Origin: Bacteroidota bacterium
Lineage (GTDB): Bacteria; Bacteroidota; Rhodothermia; Balneolales; HLUCCA01
Length of the DNA stretch: 64,000 nucleotides
Reading direction: 5' to 3'
Assembly: GCA_020832235.1 (NCBI GenBank)
Contig: JAFIEZ010000003.1
Span: forward strand, 333,350-397,349
Below the pieces are notes generated by a model. It worked only from the letters and a program-made list of their open reading frames with translations. It was not told where the DNA came from and did not search any database. This document shows positions 8,860 to 19,439 of this stretch, piece after piece (positions within the stretch are counted from its first letter, which is position 1; each line of letters begins with the position of its first letter). The position numbers and the translations under genes are program-made.

Positions 8860-9769
8860 TGTAATTCGAAAATCCAATACGGTTTTAACGGTTGGTTCTT
8901 TTGATGGTGTTCATGCCGGACATCGCAGCATTGTGCAAACGGTAGTGGAAAAAGCAAAAAAAAGGAAAGCCAGAAGTATATTGGTCACTTTTGATCCTCA
9001 TCCCAGGGATATCCTGAACCCAGGTAAAGATGGAGTCAAATTGCTTACCACTTTGGAAGAGAGAGCAGCAATTCTGAACGAAATAGGGATTGATCAGATG
9101 GTCGTAATACCCTTCAACCGAGATTTTTCCCTACTTACCTCTACAGAGTTTATTCGTGATGTGATTTACAAAAAAATTGGCGTATGCGAGTTTGTAATTG
9201 GTTACGATCATCAGTTCGGAAGAAATCGAGAGGGTACTATAGAAAGTTTAAAACAACTTGCCCCGGAATTGGGGTTTGATGTACATGTTGTGCAAGCACA
9301 CGAAGTACAAGAGGTAACCGTGAGCAGCACAATTGTTAGAAAAAAACTGGAACAGGATGGAGATATACGTCTGGCCAAGGAATTTTTAGGCAGATGCTAT
9401 ATGCTGAAAGGAACGGTTATTCACGGAGATAAACGTGGCCGACTGATTGGGTATCCAACTGCTAACCTTAAACCAGTTGAAAAACGTAAAGTTATTCCCA
9501 AAAACGGTGTCTACGCAGTTAACGTAGCAATCGAAGGCAGTCAGAAGCAATGGCGGGGGATGATGAACATTGGTGTTAGACCCACCTTTAAAGAAGATAT
9601 GAAGCAGACTATTGAAGTTCATCTGATTGATTTTAATGAAGATATCTATGGCAAAATACTGGAAATCGATTTTCTGAAAAGGATTCGGGATGAACTACCG
9701 TTTACAGGCATTGATGCCCTCAAAAATCAACTAGATAAGGACAAAATAGCTTGTTTACAGGTTGATTAA
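8834..9769 (+). CDS. ribF: Bifunctional riboflavin kinase / FAD synthetase
   Basis: GSFDGVHAGH nucleotidyltransferase motif. The riboflavin kinase half carries GDKRGRLIGYPTANL. Overlaps the truB end by 26 nt. Confidence 0.93.
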   Translation: MANLIYLSDVIRKSNTVLTVGSFDGVHAGHRSIVQTVVEKAKKRKARSILVTFDPHPRDILNPGKDGVKLLTTLEERAAILNEIGIDQMVVIPFNRDFSLLTSTEFIRDVIYKKIGVCEFVIGYDHQFGRNREGTIESLKQLAPELGFDVHVVQAHEVQEVTVSSTIVRKKLEQDGDIRLAKEFLGRCYMLKGTVIHGDKRGRLIGYPTANLKPVEKRKVIPKNGVYAVNVAIEGSQKQWRGMMNIGVRPTFKEDMKQTIEVHLIDFNEDIYGKILEIDFLKRIRDELPFTGIDALKNQLDKDKIACLQVD

Positions 9770-9858
9770 TACGTAATTTGTAAAGATTGGCAGAAACACT
9801 GTCAATAACACACTAAATCTACTTTAGTATAGTAACATCTAAAGCGGAGTATTTCGTA

Positions 9859-10128
9859 ATGAATATTACCACAGAAGAAAAGAAAGAGATTTTTGCCAAA
9901 TTTGGTAAAAGCGAAGGCGATACTGGCTCACCAGAAGCGCAGGTTGCTCTGTTTACTGAGCGTATTAATCGTCTCACAGATCACCTGAAAACCCACAAGA
10001 AAGACCATTCAACACGTCTTGGTCTGCTTAAGCTGGTAGGTAAGCGTCGTCGCTTGCTCAATTATATCATGAAAAGAGATATAGAAGGCTACCGTAAGCT
10101 CATCGCAGAGCTTGGTATTCGTAAGTAA
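9859..10128 (+). CDS. rpsO: 30S ribosomal protein S15
   Basis: 89 aa; [35 protein letters not shown]. Confidence 0.97.
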   Translation: MNITTEEKKEIFAKFGKSEGDTGSPEAQVALFTERINRLTDHLKTHKKDHSTRLGLLKLVGKRRRLLNYIMKRDIEGYRKLIAELGIRK

Positions 10129-10138
10129 TTTCTTCACG

Positions 10139-10167
10139 AAGGCACGGGAAAACCCCGTGCCTTTTTT
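10139..10167 (+). terminator. Rho-independent terminator after rpsO
   Basis: AAGGCACGGG-AAAAC-CCCGTGCCTT is a 10-bp perfect stem running into a T6 tract. It starts 11 nt after the stop codon. Confidence 0.85.
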
Positions 10168-10185
10168 ATATGTGCTTCCCGCCTT

Positions 10186-10232
10186 AGAGTTGATTGAAAT
10201 TTTCGGCATCACCGGCAATCTCAATCAACTCT
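10186..10232 (+). promoter_or_regulatory. Long hairpin in the pnp 5' leader (candidate RNase III/autoregulatory stem-loop)
   Basis: AGAGTTGATTGA (10186-10197) is perfectly complementary to TCAATCAACTCT (10221-10232). The helix continues with 3 more pairs, then a mismatch, a G.U wobble and 3 further pairs (about 19 bp, loop CATCA). It lies 48 nt upstream of the pnp ATG. Confidence 0.5.
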
Positions 10233-10279
10233 CTACTGCGGAGCACAGCTGACAAAAAAAAGATAGAAAGATAGAAATA

Positions 10280-12382
10280 ATGAAAGCTGATTTTAGATCC
10301 GTAGAATTTGCACCAGGAAAGGTGCTATCCATTGAAACAGGCCGTTTGGCCAAGCAGGCACATGGTGCTGTAGTTGCCCGAATGGGTGATACCATGGTGC
10401 TGGCAACCGCAGTTGGTGCTTCAGAAGCACGTCCAGGACAAGGTTTTTTCCCTTTGTCTGTAGATTTCCGCGAAAATTACTCTGCCGCGGGTAAATTCCC
10501 GGGTGGTTTTATCAAAAGAGAAGGCCGCCCCAGCGAAAAAGAAATTCTCTCAGCACGTCTCATCGATCGTACTATTCGTCCGATGTTCCCTGAAGGGTAT
10601 CTGAATGAAGTACAGGTTATGGTGCAGGTCATCTCCTCAGACGGACAGAATGACGGCGATGTAATAGGCGGTACGGCCACATCACTGGCACTGCTTGTTT
10701 CTGATATCCCTTTTGAAGAGCCCATTGCTGAAGTACGAGTTGCTCGAGTAGAAGGGGAGTTTATCGTTAACCCAACCGTTGATGAAATTAAAAAAGCCGA
10801 CATCGACATGGTAATCGGTGGTACGGCCGAAAGTGTTGCCATGGTAGAAGGCGAAATGGATGAAGTTTCTGAGAAAGAAATGATCGAAGCCATTCGTGTT
10901 GGTCATGCTGCTATCAAAAAACTGTGTGAATTCCAGGTTGAAATCCAGAAAGAATTCGGCAAAGAGAAGCGTGAAGTTGAAATTGCTAAAGCGGATGAAG
11001 CATTAGTTACGAAAGTTAAAGACATCGTAGGTGACCGTTTTCGTACCACTTCCAAAGCAGGTCTGGGCAAAAAGGAATACTCTAATGCCATAAAAGAGAT
11101 TGTTAACGAAGTTCAAGAGAAGCTCCAGGAAGAATTTCCTGAGCAGGAAGGTGATATTTCTGAGATTTGTCATGACTTGCAGAAAGAGGCCCTACGTTCA
11201 CTCATTCTGGATGATAAATACCGTATAGACGGACGTAAGCCAGATGAAATCCGCGATATCTGGACCGAGGTAGGCTACCTGCCAAGAACGCACGGCTCTG
11301 CAATCTTTACCCGTGGTGAAACCCAGTCTTTGGTTACCGTAACCTTAGGTACAAAGCGCGACGAGCAGTCTGTAGACACGCTTTTCGACACGGAGTCTAA
11401 GCGTTTCATGCTGAACTACAACTTCCCGCCATTCTGTACCGGTGAAGTGAAGATGAAGTTTTCTGTAAGTCGTCGTGAAATCGGTCACGGTAATCTTGCT
11501 GAGCGTGCTCTGAAACGACTCATTCCTTCCGCTGAAGAGTTTGCTTACACGATTCGTATTGTCTCCGATATCCTGGAGTCGAACGGATCATCCTCTATGG
11601 CGTCTGTCTGCGGCGGTTCTATGGCAATGATGGACGCTGGTGTACCCATCAAGAAACCGGTTGCCGGTATAGCCATGGGAATGGTTGTTGGAGAAGACGG
11701 TCGCACCGTAGTTCTCAGCGACATTCAAGGTGAGGAAGATCACTTCGGTGATATGGACTTTAAAGTTACGGGAACTGTTGATGGTATTACCGCTTGCCAG
11801 ATGGACATAAAAGTTCGTGGCGTTTCTTTCGAAGTAATGGAAGAAGCTATGCTCGATGCCCGTAAAGGCCGTTTGCATATCTTGGAAAAAATGGCTGAAA
11901 CCATTTCTATGCCACGTGCAGAACTTTCCCGTTTTGCCCCTTCTTTCCGCCGAATTGAAATCAACAGCGATCAGATTGGTGCAGTAATTGGTCCTGGCGG
12001 CAAAGTAATTCAGGGAATTCAGAAAGAAACTGGTACTGAAATCAACATCGAAGAGCAAGGTAACAAGGGTATTGTTATCGTATCTGCTGTTGATGCCGAT
12101 GCCGCTGAAGCTGCTGTAGCCTGTATTAAAGCAATCACTGGATCGCTCGAAGAAGGCGAAATTTACGAAGGAACAGTACGCTCCATCAAAGAGTATGGTG
12201 CATTTATTGAACTGCTTCCCGGTAAAGAAGGTTTGCTTCATATCTCAGAAATCGATCACAAACGAATTGCCCGAGTAGAAGACGTGCTTCAGGAAGGCGA
12301 TAAAGTAAGTGTGAAACTCCTGAAAATTGAAAACGGTGGCAAACTTCGCTTGTCCAGAAAAGCGTTGATTCCAAACGAATAA
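10280..12382 (+). CDS. pnp: Polyribonucleotide nucleotidyltransferase (PNPase)
   Basis: Two RNase PH domains, a KH domain (GPGGKVIQGIQKETG) and an S1 domain (GTVRSIKEYGAFIELLPGKEGLLHISE). rpsO-pnp synteny. Confidence 0.97.
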   Translation: MKADFRSVEFAPGKVLSIETGRLAKQAHGAVVARMGDTMVLATAVGASEARPGQGFFPLSVDFRENYSAAGKFPGGFIKREGRPSEKEILSARLIDRTIRPMFPEGYLNEVQVMVQVISSDGQNDGDVIGGTATSLALLVSDIPFEEPIAEVRVARVEGEFIVNPTVDEIKKADIDMVIGGTAESVAMVEGEMDEVSEKEMIEAIRVGHAAIKKLCEFQVEIQKEFGKEKREVEIAKADEALVTKVKDIVGDRFRTTSKAGLGKKEYSNAIKEIVNEVQEKLQEEFPEQEGDISEICHDLQKEALRSLILDDKYRIDGRKPDEIRDIWTEVGYLPRTHGSAIFTRGETQSLVTVTLGTKRDEQSVDTLFDTESKRFMLNYNFPPFCTGEVKMKFSVSRREIGHGNLAERALKRLIPSAEEFAYTIRIVSDILESNGSSSMASVCGGSMAMMDAGVPIKKPVAGIAMGMVVGEDGRTVVLSDIQGEEDHFGDMDFKVTGTVDGITACQMDIKVRGVSFEVMEEAMLDARKGRLHILEKMAETISMPRAELSRFAPSFRRIEINSDQIGAVIGPGGKVIQGIQKETGTEINIEEQGNKGIVIVSAVDADAAEAAVACIKAITGSLEEGEIYEGTVRSIKEYGAFIELLPGKEGLLHISEIDHKRIARVEDVLQEGDKVSVKLLKIENGGKLRLSRKALIPNE

Positions 12383-12408
12383 ATCGTACAGTTTTCGTAC
12401 CTTTCAAA

Positions 12409-12442
12409 GCGCCATCGGTTACTCATCGGTGGCGCTTTTTTT
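12409..12442 (+). terminator. Rho-independent terminator after pnp
   Basis: GCGCCATCGG-TTACTCA-TCGGTGGCGC (10 bp including two G.U pairs) followed by T7. Confidence 0.8.
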
Positions 12443-12462
12443 ATTACAGATAATCCGAAATT

Positions 12463-13713
12463 ATGTCATCAGAATTAGCCAATATCAAAAAAACACTACA
12501 TCCTTCAGGAATACGAATTGTAACCGAATTTAATGATAGCGTCAGGAGTGTCTCCGTTGGAATATGGGTAAAAACCGGTAGCCGGAACGAGCGTAGTCAG
12601 GTAGCCGGAATTACGCACTTCCTCGAGCATATGTTATTTAAAGGCACCGAGAACAGGTCAGCATTCGATATTGTTCAAAATGTAGAGTCTGTTGGCGGGT
12701 ATCTCAACGCTTTTACCTCTTCTGAATATACCTGTTACTACGTTCGTTGCCTCGATTCGGAGTTCAGCACAGCTTTGGATGTTTTATCAGACATGGTACA
12801 GCACCCGCTTTTCCCGGCCGAAGAAGTTGAAAAAGAAAAGAAAGTGGTCATAGAAGAAATGAAAATGTACCGTGATAATCCGGATGATTTTGTATTTGAG
12901 AATTTCACCGGACAGATGTTCAGTCAGCATCCGCTTGGAAGACCTATAATCGGCTACGAAGAAACGGTTTCTGCATTCACCCGCGATGATCTTATTAACT
13001 ATGTTCGCGAACGATATGTGCCCTCTAATATCATTATTGCTGCTGCGGGCAATGTAAACCATGAGGAAGTAGTTGAACTTGTAGGCAAACACTTCGATAC
13101 ATTCTACGATGGTAATGGTGTAGCAGAGGAGAAGCAGTTATTAACCCCTTACGACCGATCTGAAAAAACATTATATCGCCCTATAGAACAGACGCATTTT
13201 GTAACCGGCAGACGATCACTTTCCAATGACGATCCAGATCGGTATAAGCTGTTGCTTGTTAACACCATCTTGGGCGGCGGTATGAGCTCCCGTTTACACC
13301 AGAATATTCGAGAGAAATATGGGTATTGTTATGCAATCAGTTCCTTTAACCAGGCCTATACCGATACCGGTATGTTTGGGGTATATGTTGGAACAGACAA
13401 GGAGTATGTTTCTCATGTAAGAGATCTTATACGTAAGGAGTTCAATGCATTACAAAACGAAGTGGTTGGAGAAAAGGAATTAGCTGAAGCCAAAGCTCAG
13501 CTCAAAGGAAAGTTGCTGCTTGCTCAGGAAAGTATGAGTAATCGTATGACTAGACTGGCCAAAAGTGAAATCTATTACGACCGATACATACCGTTGGATG
13601 AACTTGTAAATGAAATTGACGAGGTTGATGCGTCATCCATTATGAGTTTTTCTCAGCAATTCTTTAATGTTGACAAGTTTTCAGAAACCTTATTACTACC
13701 GGAAGAAAAATGA
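12463..13713 (+). CDS. M16 family (insulinase/pitrilysin-like) zinc peptidase
   Basis: Inverted zinc motif [10 protein letters not shown] (HxxEH), with downstream E in the [10 protein letters not shown] region. 416 aa. Confidence 0.88.
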   Translation: MSSELANIKKTLHPSGIRIVTEFNDSVRSVSVGIWVKTGSRNERSQVAGITHFLEHMLFKGTENRSAFDIVQNVESVGGYLNAFTSSEYTCYYVRCLDSEFSTALDVLSDMVQHPLFPAEEVEKEKKVVIEEMKMYRDNPDDFVFENFTGQMFSQHPLGRPIIGYEETVSAFTRDDLINYVRERYVPSNIIIAAAGNVNHEEVVELVGKHFDTFYDGNGVAEEKQLLTPYDRSEKTLYRPIEQTHFVTGRRSLSNDDPDRYKLLLVNTILGGGMSSRLHQNIREKYGYCYAISSFNQAYTDTGMFGVYVGTDKEYVSHVRDLIRKEFNALQNEVVGEKELAEAKAQLKGKLLLAQESMSNRMTRLAKSEIYYDRYIPLDELVNEIDEVDASSIMSFSQQFFNVDKFSETLLLPEEK

Positions 13714-15218
13714 GTACAAAAACTACCTATATCAACGAACTGGAAAAATTTGAAAACCAACAGGCTACTTTGAAAGGCTGGGTTTACAACAAACGCGAGG
13801 GCAAATCTCTTGTATTTATCATTCTTAGAGACGGAACAGGTACATGTCAATGTATCGTGAATCAGCAGGATGTAAATGAGTCTGTATGGAACGCCGCAAC
13901 CTCGTTAACCCAGGAAAGCTCGATTATCATAACCGGTAAGGTTGTTGAAGATGAACGCAGTGCCAACGGATATGAAATGCATGTTTCGGATCTTCAGGTT
14001 GTTCAAATTGCTCAGGACTATCCAATTACCCCCAAAGACCATGGAATTGAGTTTTTGATGGAGAATCGTCACTTATGGCTACGATCCCAACGTCAGTGGG
14101 CCATAATGCGTGTAAGAAATGAAATCATTTACGCTATCCACAAGTTTTTTCAGGATCGGGGGTTTATTCAAATGGATGCGCCCATTTTTACAGGAAATGC
14201 TGTTGAAGGTACATCCACCTTGTTTGAAACCAATTATTTTGATGAAAAAGCTTATCTCACGCAGTCGGGTCAATTGTACGGTGAGGCGATGGCTATGGCA
14301 CATGGCAAAATCTACACTTTTGGACCTACATTCAGGGCAGAGAAATCGAAAACCAGACGACATCTCACTGAGTTTTGGATGATTGAGCCCGAAGTCGCTT
14401 TCAACGATCTGGATATGAATATGTCGTTGGCCGAAGAAATGATGGCATTCGTTATCGACAGAGTTCTTACAAGGCGTGTTGCTGAGTTGGCTATGCTCGA
14501 TCGTGATACTACATATCTTGAAAAAGCCCGAAAACATGGCTATCCCAGGATCACCTATACAGAGGCCATTGACATTCTGACTAGTGATAAGATGCGTCTT
14601 TTGCTTGAAGAGATGGAAACAACCCGAAGAGAGGAAGAGCCTGTACTGAAAACTGAAATGGCTGAAATTGAAAAAGAACATGGACAGGCGAAGAAAGGCA
14701 GGAAACTGCAAATTGAAAAACGACTGAAGGAAATTCGCGCCAGACTCGATGAAATTGAAGAAGATCTGCGAAATATTCCAGTTTGGAGGAAATCGGCACT
14801 TGAGAAACAATGGGGCGACGATCTCGGTGGTTCCGATGAAACGCTACTGACCATGCAATTTGACACGCCTATCATGGTATATGGTTATCCCGCTGAAATC
14901 AAGGCATTTTATATGAAACGTGATCCCCAAAACGACAAGGTTGCGTTGGGTGTAGATATGCTGGCTCCTGAGGGCTATGGTGAAATCATAGGTGGAGGTC
15001 AGCGCGAGGAAAGTCTGCAGGTTCTACTCGACCGAATTGAGGAGCATCAGCTTCCGGTTGAAGCTTTCAAATGGTATCTGGATCTGCGTAAATTCGGTAG
15101 TGTTCCACACAGTGGGTTCGGACTTGGATTGGAACGTACCGTTGCCTGGATTTGCGGACTTAAGCATGTAAGAGAAACCATACCTTTTCCAAGAATGCTT
15201 GGAAGGCTTTATCCGTAA
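13710..15218 (+). CDS. asnS: Asparagine--tRNA ligase, with a charged insertion in the catalytic domain
   Basis: Class IIb OB-fold N-terminus. [28 protein letters not shown] is AsnRS-type motif 2; motif 3 is [16 protein letters not shown]. 502 aa. Confidence 0.92.
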   Translation: MSTKTTYINELEKFENQQATLKGWVYNKREGKSLVFIILRDGTGTCQCIVNQQDVNESVWNAATSLTQESSIIITGKVVEDERSANGYEMHVSDLQVVQIAQDYPITPKDHGIEFLMENRHLWLRSQRQWAIMRVRNEIIYAIHKFFQDRGFIQMDAPIFTGNAVEGTSTLFETNYFDEKAYLTQSGQLYGEAMAMAHGKIYTFGPTFRAEKSKTRRHLTEFWMIEPEVAFNDLDMNMSLAEEMMAFVIDRVLTRRVAELAMLDRDTTYLEKARKHGYPRITYTEAIDILTSDKMRLLLEEMETTRREEEPVLKTEMAEIEKEHGQAKKGRKLQIEKRLKEIRARLDEIEEDLRNIPVWRKSALEKQWGDDLGGSDETLLTMQFDTPIMVYGYPAEIKAFYMKRDPQNDKVALGVDMLAPEGYGEIIGGGQREESLQVLLDRIEEHQLPVEAFKWYLDLRKFGSVPHSGFGLGLERTVAWICGLKHVRETIPFPRMLGRLYP

Positions 15219-15302
15219 TTCGAATTATTTCGATATGTAGCTGTTACATGGTATGAAAATATGATATAAAACAGTCAAATCTGTCTGATAAAGTATTAAA
15301 AT

Positions 15303-16412
15303 ATGGCCAAATCATCGACGAACAGTACGGCTCTTTACCACCAATTTGTAAAAGAATTGCGCTCCGGTTCACCTCGGCCGGTGTATTTTTTTTGCGGGGA
15401 GGAGTCTTTTTATAGCGATGCTCTTCAAGAAGAAATCGAAGCACTGTTACCAGTTGATCTGCGTGATTTCAACATGGATATACTTTACGGAACGGAGCAG
15501 TCGCTAGATAAGATTCTGGGTATTGTAAGGAGCTATCCAATGATGGCAGACAGACGTATTGTGATACTGCGAGAATTTTCCGGACTCTTTTCACCAGTTC
15601 GAAGAACGGATAGTAATGAAGAGGGCGAGGGAGATCCGGTTGAAGAGTCTATACCTGCCTCCACTGAAATGCTAATCGGATATCTGCTCAAACCGAATCC
15701 CTCTACTGTTCTGGCTATAATCGATCAAAAACCACCTAATGCGGGAACAAAACTTGGAAAAGCAATTATAAAGAATGAGGCCGTTGGTTATGCTAACTTT
15801 GACCCTATTCCCGAAGAGAGACTGCCTGAGTGGATTGTCGAGTGGGTACAAACAACCCATAATCGTCAAATTAAGCCACAAGCCGCTCAAGTTATGGCTC
15901 GGTTAACCGGAAGTGACTTAACGCTTGTGTCTAAAGAATTAGACAAACTGTGCACATTTAAGGACAATGGCGAAGCCATAAATGAAGCAGATGTAAAAAA
16001 GTTGGTGACACCATCGCGTGAATATTCGGTGTTTGAGTTAAAAGAAGCGCTATTTACTAAAAATGTCACACAAACACTCTGGGTTGCGGAACAGATGTTG
16101 CACACAAGTAAAACAACAGACGTTGGAGAAGTTATCCGAATCGTCTCGTTCTTTTACAGTGTGTTTACCAATATCTGGCAGATACAGCGGCTAACTCAAA
16201 AAGGATTACCCGCTGCACAAATCAGATCAACCATCGGTGTTAAAAGCGAGTGGTATTTCAATAACTTGGTGCGTGACAGCAGGGTTTTCCCCTACGAATC
16301 TATGCCCCTTATTTTTGAAGCTCTCCTTGACGCCGATCGCGCAGTAAAAGGCATGAGCAGAATGGAAGCCGAAGATATAGTATTCCTGATGTTCAGAAGA
16401 ATTCTAGGATAG
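15303..16412 (+). CDS. holA: DNA polymerase III subunit delta
   Basis: PVYFFCGEESFY...DFNMDILYG...PMMADRRIVILREF is the typical HolA N-terminal pattern. 369 aa. Confidence 0.85.
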   Translation: MAKSSTNSTALYHQFVKELRSGSPRPVYFFCGEESFYSDALQEEIEALLPVDLRDFNMDILYGTEQSLDKILGIVRSYPMMADRRIVILREFSGLFSPVRRTDSNEEGEGDPVEESIPASTEMLIGYLLKPNPSTVLAIIDQKPPNAGTKLGKAIIKNEAVGYANFDPIPEERLPEWIVEWVQTTHNRQIKPQAAQVMARLTGSDLTLVSKELDKLCTFKDNGEAINEADVKKLVTPSREYSVFELKEALFTKNVTQTLWVAEQMLHTSKTTDVGEVIRIVSFFYSVFTNIWQIQRLTQKGLPAAQIRSTIGVKSEWYFNNLVRDSRVFPYESMPLIFEALLDADRAVKGMSRMEAEDIVFLMFRRILG

Positions 16413-16458
16413 CGTAACATTTATTCCAGCGTCGGTAACGAATAATAGTTAATCCGAC

Positions 16459-17070
16459 ATGAATACGATGCACTCAGCGCAATTGCGCACTTATTCCGAT
16501 GAAGATGTAATGGAGCTTTTTCAGGGTGGCTACGATGAAGCGTTTACTGAAATAGTGAATCGATACCGTGAACGCATACATAACTTTATCTTTCGATATA
16601 CTCGAAATCACCTTGATTGTGAAGATATCGTACAAGAAACGTTCTTTCGTGTGTATAGAAGTAAACACAAATACGAACGCATTGCACGGTTTTCCACCTG
16701 GTTATACACCATAGCAAACAATCTCATCAGAACACATCATCGAAAGACTTCCCGGTATCAGATGGTATCTATTTTTGAAGGGGAGGACTCTGATAAAGAA
16801 CTTTACATTGACTTGGTAGATGTAGCCAACACTCCAGACGTTTCGCTACACGAAAATGTAATGGTAGAATGCATTCAAAAAGCATTGGATAAGATTCCTT
16901 CAGAATTTCGAGATATTTTGATTATGCGAGACATACAAAGTCTTACGTATGAGGAGATCATGGAAATTACGGGCTTACCTATGGGTACCGTAAAATCAAG
17001 AATTAACAGAGGTCGCGCTCGTGTTCAGGTGCTACTACAAAAATATTCCGATGGTGAAACATATCTCTGA
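16459..17070 (+). CDS. ECF (sigma-70 family, group 4) RNA polymerase sigma factor
   Basis: Region 2: DCEDIVQETFFRVY...FSTWLYTIANNLIR. Region 4 HTH: LTYEEIMEITGLPMGTVKSRINRGR. Confidence 0.9.
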   Translation: MNTMHSAQLRTYSDEDVMELFQGGYDEAFTEIVNRYRERIHNFIFRYTRNHLDCEDIVQETFFRVYRSKHKYERIARFSTWLYTIANNLIRTHHRKTSRYQMVSIFEGEDSDKELYIDLVDVANTPDVSLHENVMVECIQKALDKIPSEFRDILIMRDIQSLTYEEIMEITGLPMGTVKSRINRGRARVQVLLQKYSDGETYL

Positions 17071-17120
17071 TTTTCGTGTTTAATCACCTATACCTAAAAA
17101 TTTCATCTTGATTCACAACA

Positions 17121-17432
17121 TTGAAACACTCAAGAATTCATGAATATGTATGCGACTATGTAGAAGGAAAGCTCAATCCCGAGTTAATTCCTCAGTTTGA
17201 GGCTCTTATGCAAACAAACGAAATTCTTAAATCTTTCGTAGAAAATGCACGCAGAGGCAAAGAACACCTTCATACCTATGCCGGAATACTGATTAAGCAA
17301 CAGGAAGACTCCAGTAAAACCAATGCTCCAACCGAAAAGAAAAACACCGCATTTAAACTTCGATTTCAAGGTTTATACGTGTTCTTGCCCCTTATTGCAT
17401 TACTTGGCCTTTTTGTAAAAATAAGAATATGA
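17121..17432 (+). CDS. Putative anti-sigma factor (single C-terminal TM helix)
   Basis: Lies immediately downstream of the ECF sigma. N-terminal HEYVCDYVEGKL resembles an anti-sigma N-domain but lacks the full HxxxCxxC. C-terminal TM LYVFLPLIALLGLFV. TTG start. Confidence 0.55.
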   Translation: MKHSRIHEYVCDYVEGKLNPELIPQFEALMQTNEILKSFVENARRGKEHLHTYAGILIKQQEDSSKTNAPTEKKNTAFKLRFQGLYVFLPLIALLGLFVKIRI

Positions 17433-19439
17433 TTAATAAGACATCAGTCTGTTAAATACGTTATCGAGACGACTAACGGCAAGATAACCCTGTTCTAATT
17501 GCGTATTAGTAGGGACAGGAGTGTCTAGGGATGAACACCGCATAACAGGTGCGTCAAGCGTACTAAAACAACGTTCCGATATAATAGCTGCAACTTCACT
17601 CATTGGTCCCATGATAGCAGAGGGCTCTTGTAATAAGAGTACCCTGCCTGTTTTTGAAACAGTTTCGACAATCGCATCTATGTCAAGAGGTGCCAGTGAA
17701 CGCAAATCGAGTATTTCAACGGAAACTCCGTCTTCTTCTGCTACTCTAATGGCCAGATCATTTGCCCAATGAACGCCCATTCCGTAGGTAATAATACTCA
17801 CATCTCGACCTGAACGATGGACACGCGCTTTACCAATTTCTTCGTAAGGAATATTGTCTAATTTTTGTCCCCTCAGACTACGATACAGTTTTTTGTGTTC
17901 AAATATGATGGTTGGATTTGGGTCATGTAACGCACTCCAGGTCATAATTTGAGCGTCTTCTACAGTAGCTGGAACAGCAATTTTGATGCCTGGATGTTGC
18001 ATAAACCAGCCCTCCGGACATTGCGAGTGGAAAGGTCCGGCTCCCACTCCGCCGCCGTACGGAGCCCTAATCGTAACGTTAATAGGAGGCGACCAGCGGT
18101 AGTGTGATTTACATAAATTGTTTACAATTTGATTGAACCCACAGGTTATGAAATCAGCAAATTGCATTTCAACAATGGGCTTATAACCGTCCAGTGCTAA
18201 TCCATATGCTGCACCGATGGCACCGGATTCAATAATTGGGGTGTTTCGTACCCTATCTTTGCCGAACATTTCGGTGAATTTTTCTGTGATCTTAAAAACT
18301 CCTCCGTATTCTGCAATATCCTGCCCCATAATCAATGTTGATGGATCGGCCTCCATTGCAACTTGCAATACATGTCTAATTCCATCAACATAGCGAAACC
18401 CTTTGGTAAGCTGATCGCCCGGGGTGTTTTCTTTAGCTGGAGGAGAAGTGGGACCGGTTTTGGCGTCAACATATACTGCATTTAACTCTCTCTGTTCGTC
18501 AAAGTCGGGGAGAGGGCAGTCCAGTGCTTTTTGGATATCGTCTTTGATGGAGTCTTTTAGCTCTTCTTTGATAGTCTTAAATGTATCTCTGGAGAAACCA
18601 TATTCGTCGACGAGCAGACTTTCGAACCGTAAAATGGGATCTTTTGTAGCCCATTCTTGAAATAACTCATCGGGGATATAGGCGGTGCCCGAGGCTTCTT
18701 CGTGTCCGCGCATTCGGAAGGTTTTTGCCTCTATGAGTACAGGTTTACCCTCGAGAGCCATTTCCCGGGCTTTTTTTACAGCTGAAATAACTTCCATGAT
18801 ATTGTTCCCATCAATAACCATAGATTCCATCCCGTATCCGATAGCCCGGTCGGCCAGTGATTCACAAGCATATTGTTCAGAAACAGGAGTTGACAAACCA
18901 TATCCGTTATTTTCAATAATGCAAATCATGGGTAGCTTCCAAACAGCAGCGAGGTTGAGTGCTTCGTGAAAATCACCTTCGGAAGTTGCTCCATCTCCGG
19001 TAAAGGCAATGGCAACACGATTTTCCTTCTTTAACTTGGCACCGAGCGCAAGTCCGTCAGCCACGGGTATCATAGCAGCCAGGTGCGAAATCATACCTAC
19101 AATGCGGTATTCAGTTAAACCAAAATGAAAGGATCGCTCACGCCCTCTGGTAAATCCATCACGCCGGCCAAATAGTTGACAAAATAAATTATATAGGGGA
19201 ACCTTACGCGTTGTAAATACACCAAGGTTGCGATGCATGGTCATGATATGATCTTCGCTGTGTGCGGCTAACGCCGTGCCTACCGCAATAGCTTCCTGAC
19301 CCATCCCGGAAAACCACTTTGAAATTTTATTCTGTCTTAACAGAATGAGCATTCTTTCTTCAATTATTCGTGGTAAAACTAAGCTTTTGTAAACCGATAG
19401 TACTTCTTCAGAGGAAAAATTAATTTTGGGGGCTTTCAT
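17433..19439 (-). CDS. Fused E1 alpha/beta 2-oxoacid (branched-chain type) dehydrogenase, TPP-dependent
   Basis: The alpha half has the TPP motif GDGATSEGDFHEALNLAAVWKLP. The beta half has transketolase-like pyrimidine-binding and C-terminal domains. 668 aa single polypeptide. Confidence 0.88.
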   Translation of the reverse strand: MKAPKINFSSEEVLSVYKSLVLPRIIEERMLILLRQNKISKWFSGMGQEAIAVGTALAAHSEDHIMTMHRNLGVFTTRKVPLYNLFCQLFGRRDGFTRGRERSFHFGLTEYRIVGMISHLAAMIPVADGLALGAKLKKENRVAIAFTGDGATSEGDFHEALNLAAVWKLPMICIIENNGYGLSTPVSEQYACESLADRAIGYGMESMVIDGNNIMEVISAVKKAREMALEGKPVLIEAKTFRMRGHEEASGTAYIPDELFQEWATKDPILRFESLLVDEYGFSRDTFKTIKEELKDSIKDDIQKALDCPLPDFDEQRELNAVYVDAKTGPTSPPAKENTPGDQLTKGFRYVDGIRHVLQVAMEADPSTLIMGQDIAEYGGVFKITEKFTEMFGKDRVRNTPIIESGAIGAAYGLALDGYKPIVEMQFADFITCGFNQIVNNLCKSHYRWSPPINVTIRAPYGGGVGAGPFHSQCPEGWFMQHPGIKIAVPATVEDAQIMTWSALHDPNPTIIFEHKKLYRSLRGQKLDNIPYEEIGKARVHRSGRDVSIITYGMGVHWANDLAIRVAEEDGVSVEILDLRSLAPLDIDAIVETVSKTGRVLLLQEPSAIMGPMSEVAAIISERCFSTLDAPVMRCSSLDTPVPTNTQLEQGYLAVSRLDNVFNRLMSY

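Noticed and set aside
10009-10224. 71-aa minus-strand ORF spanning the rpsO 3' end, its terminator and half of the pnp leader hairpin.
   Set aside because: It overlaps a ribosomal protein gene and two RNA structures, and it has no homology signal.
10477-12241. Antisense ORFs inside pnp (138, 74, 62, 217 and 74 aa).
   Set aside because: Their Ser/Thr/Phe-rich compositions are typical of antisense frames of a highly expressed gene. PNPase domains are intact on the plus strand.
14079-14875. Long antisense ORFs (243, 106 and 72 aa) opposite asnS.
   Set aside because: They are Phe/Ser/Leu-rich shadows of the GAA/AAG/GAG-rich insertion in AsnRS. The sense frame has unambiguous class II synthetase motifs.
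17430-17435. Convergent genes with zero or negative spacing (17432/17433, 47355/47356, and the 23355..23363 overlap) and no room for terminators.
   Set aside because: This is real but unremarkable in compact genomes. I see no evidence of a functional consequence from sequence alone.
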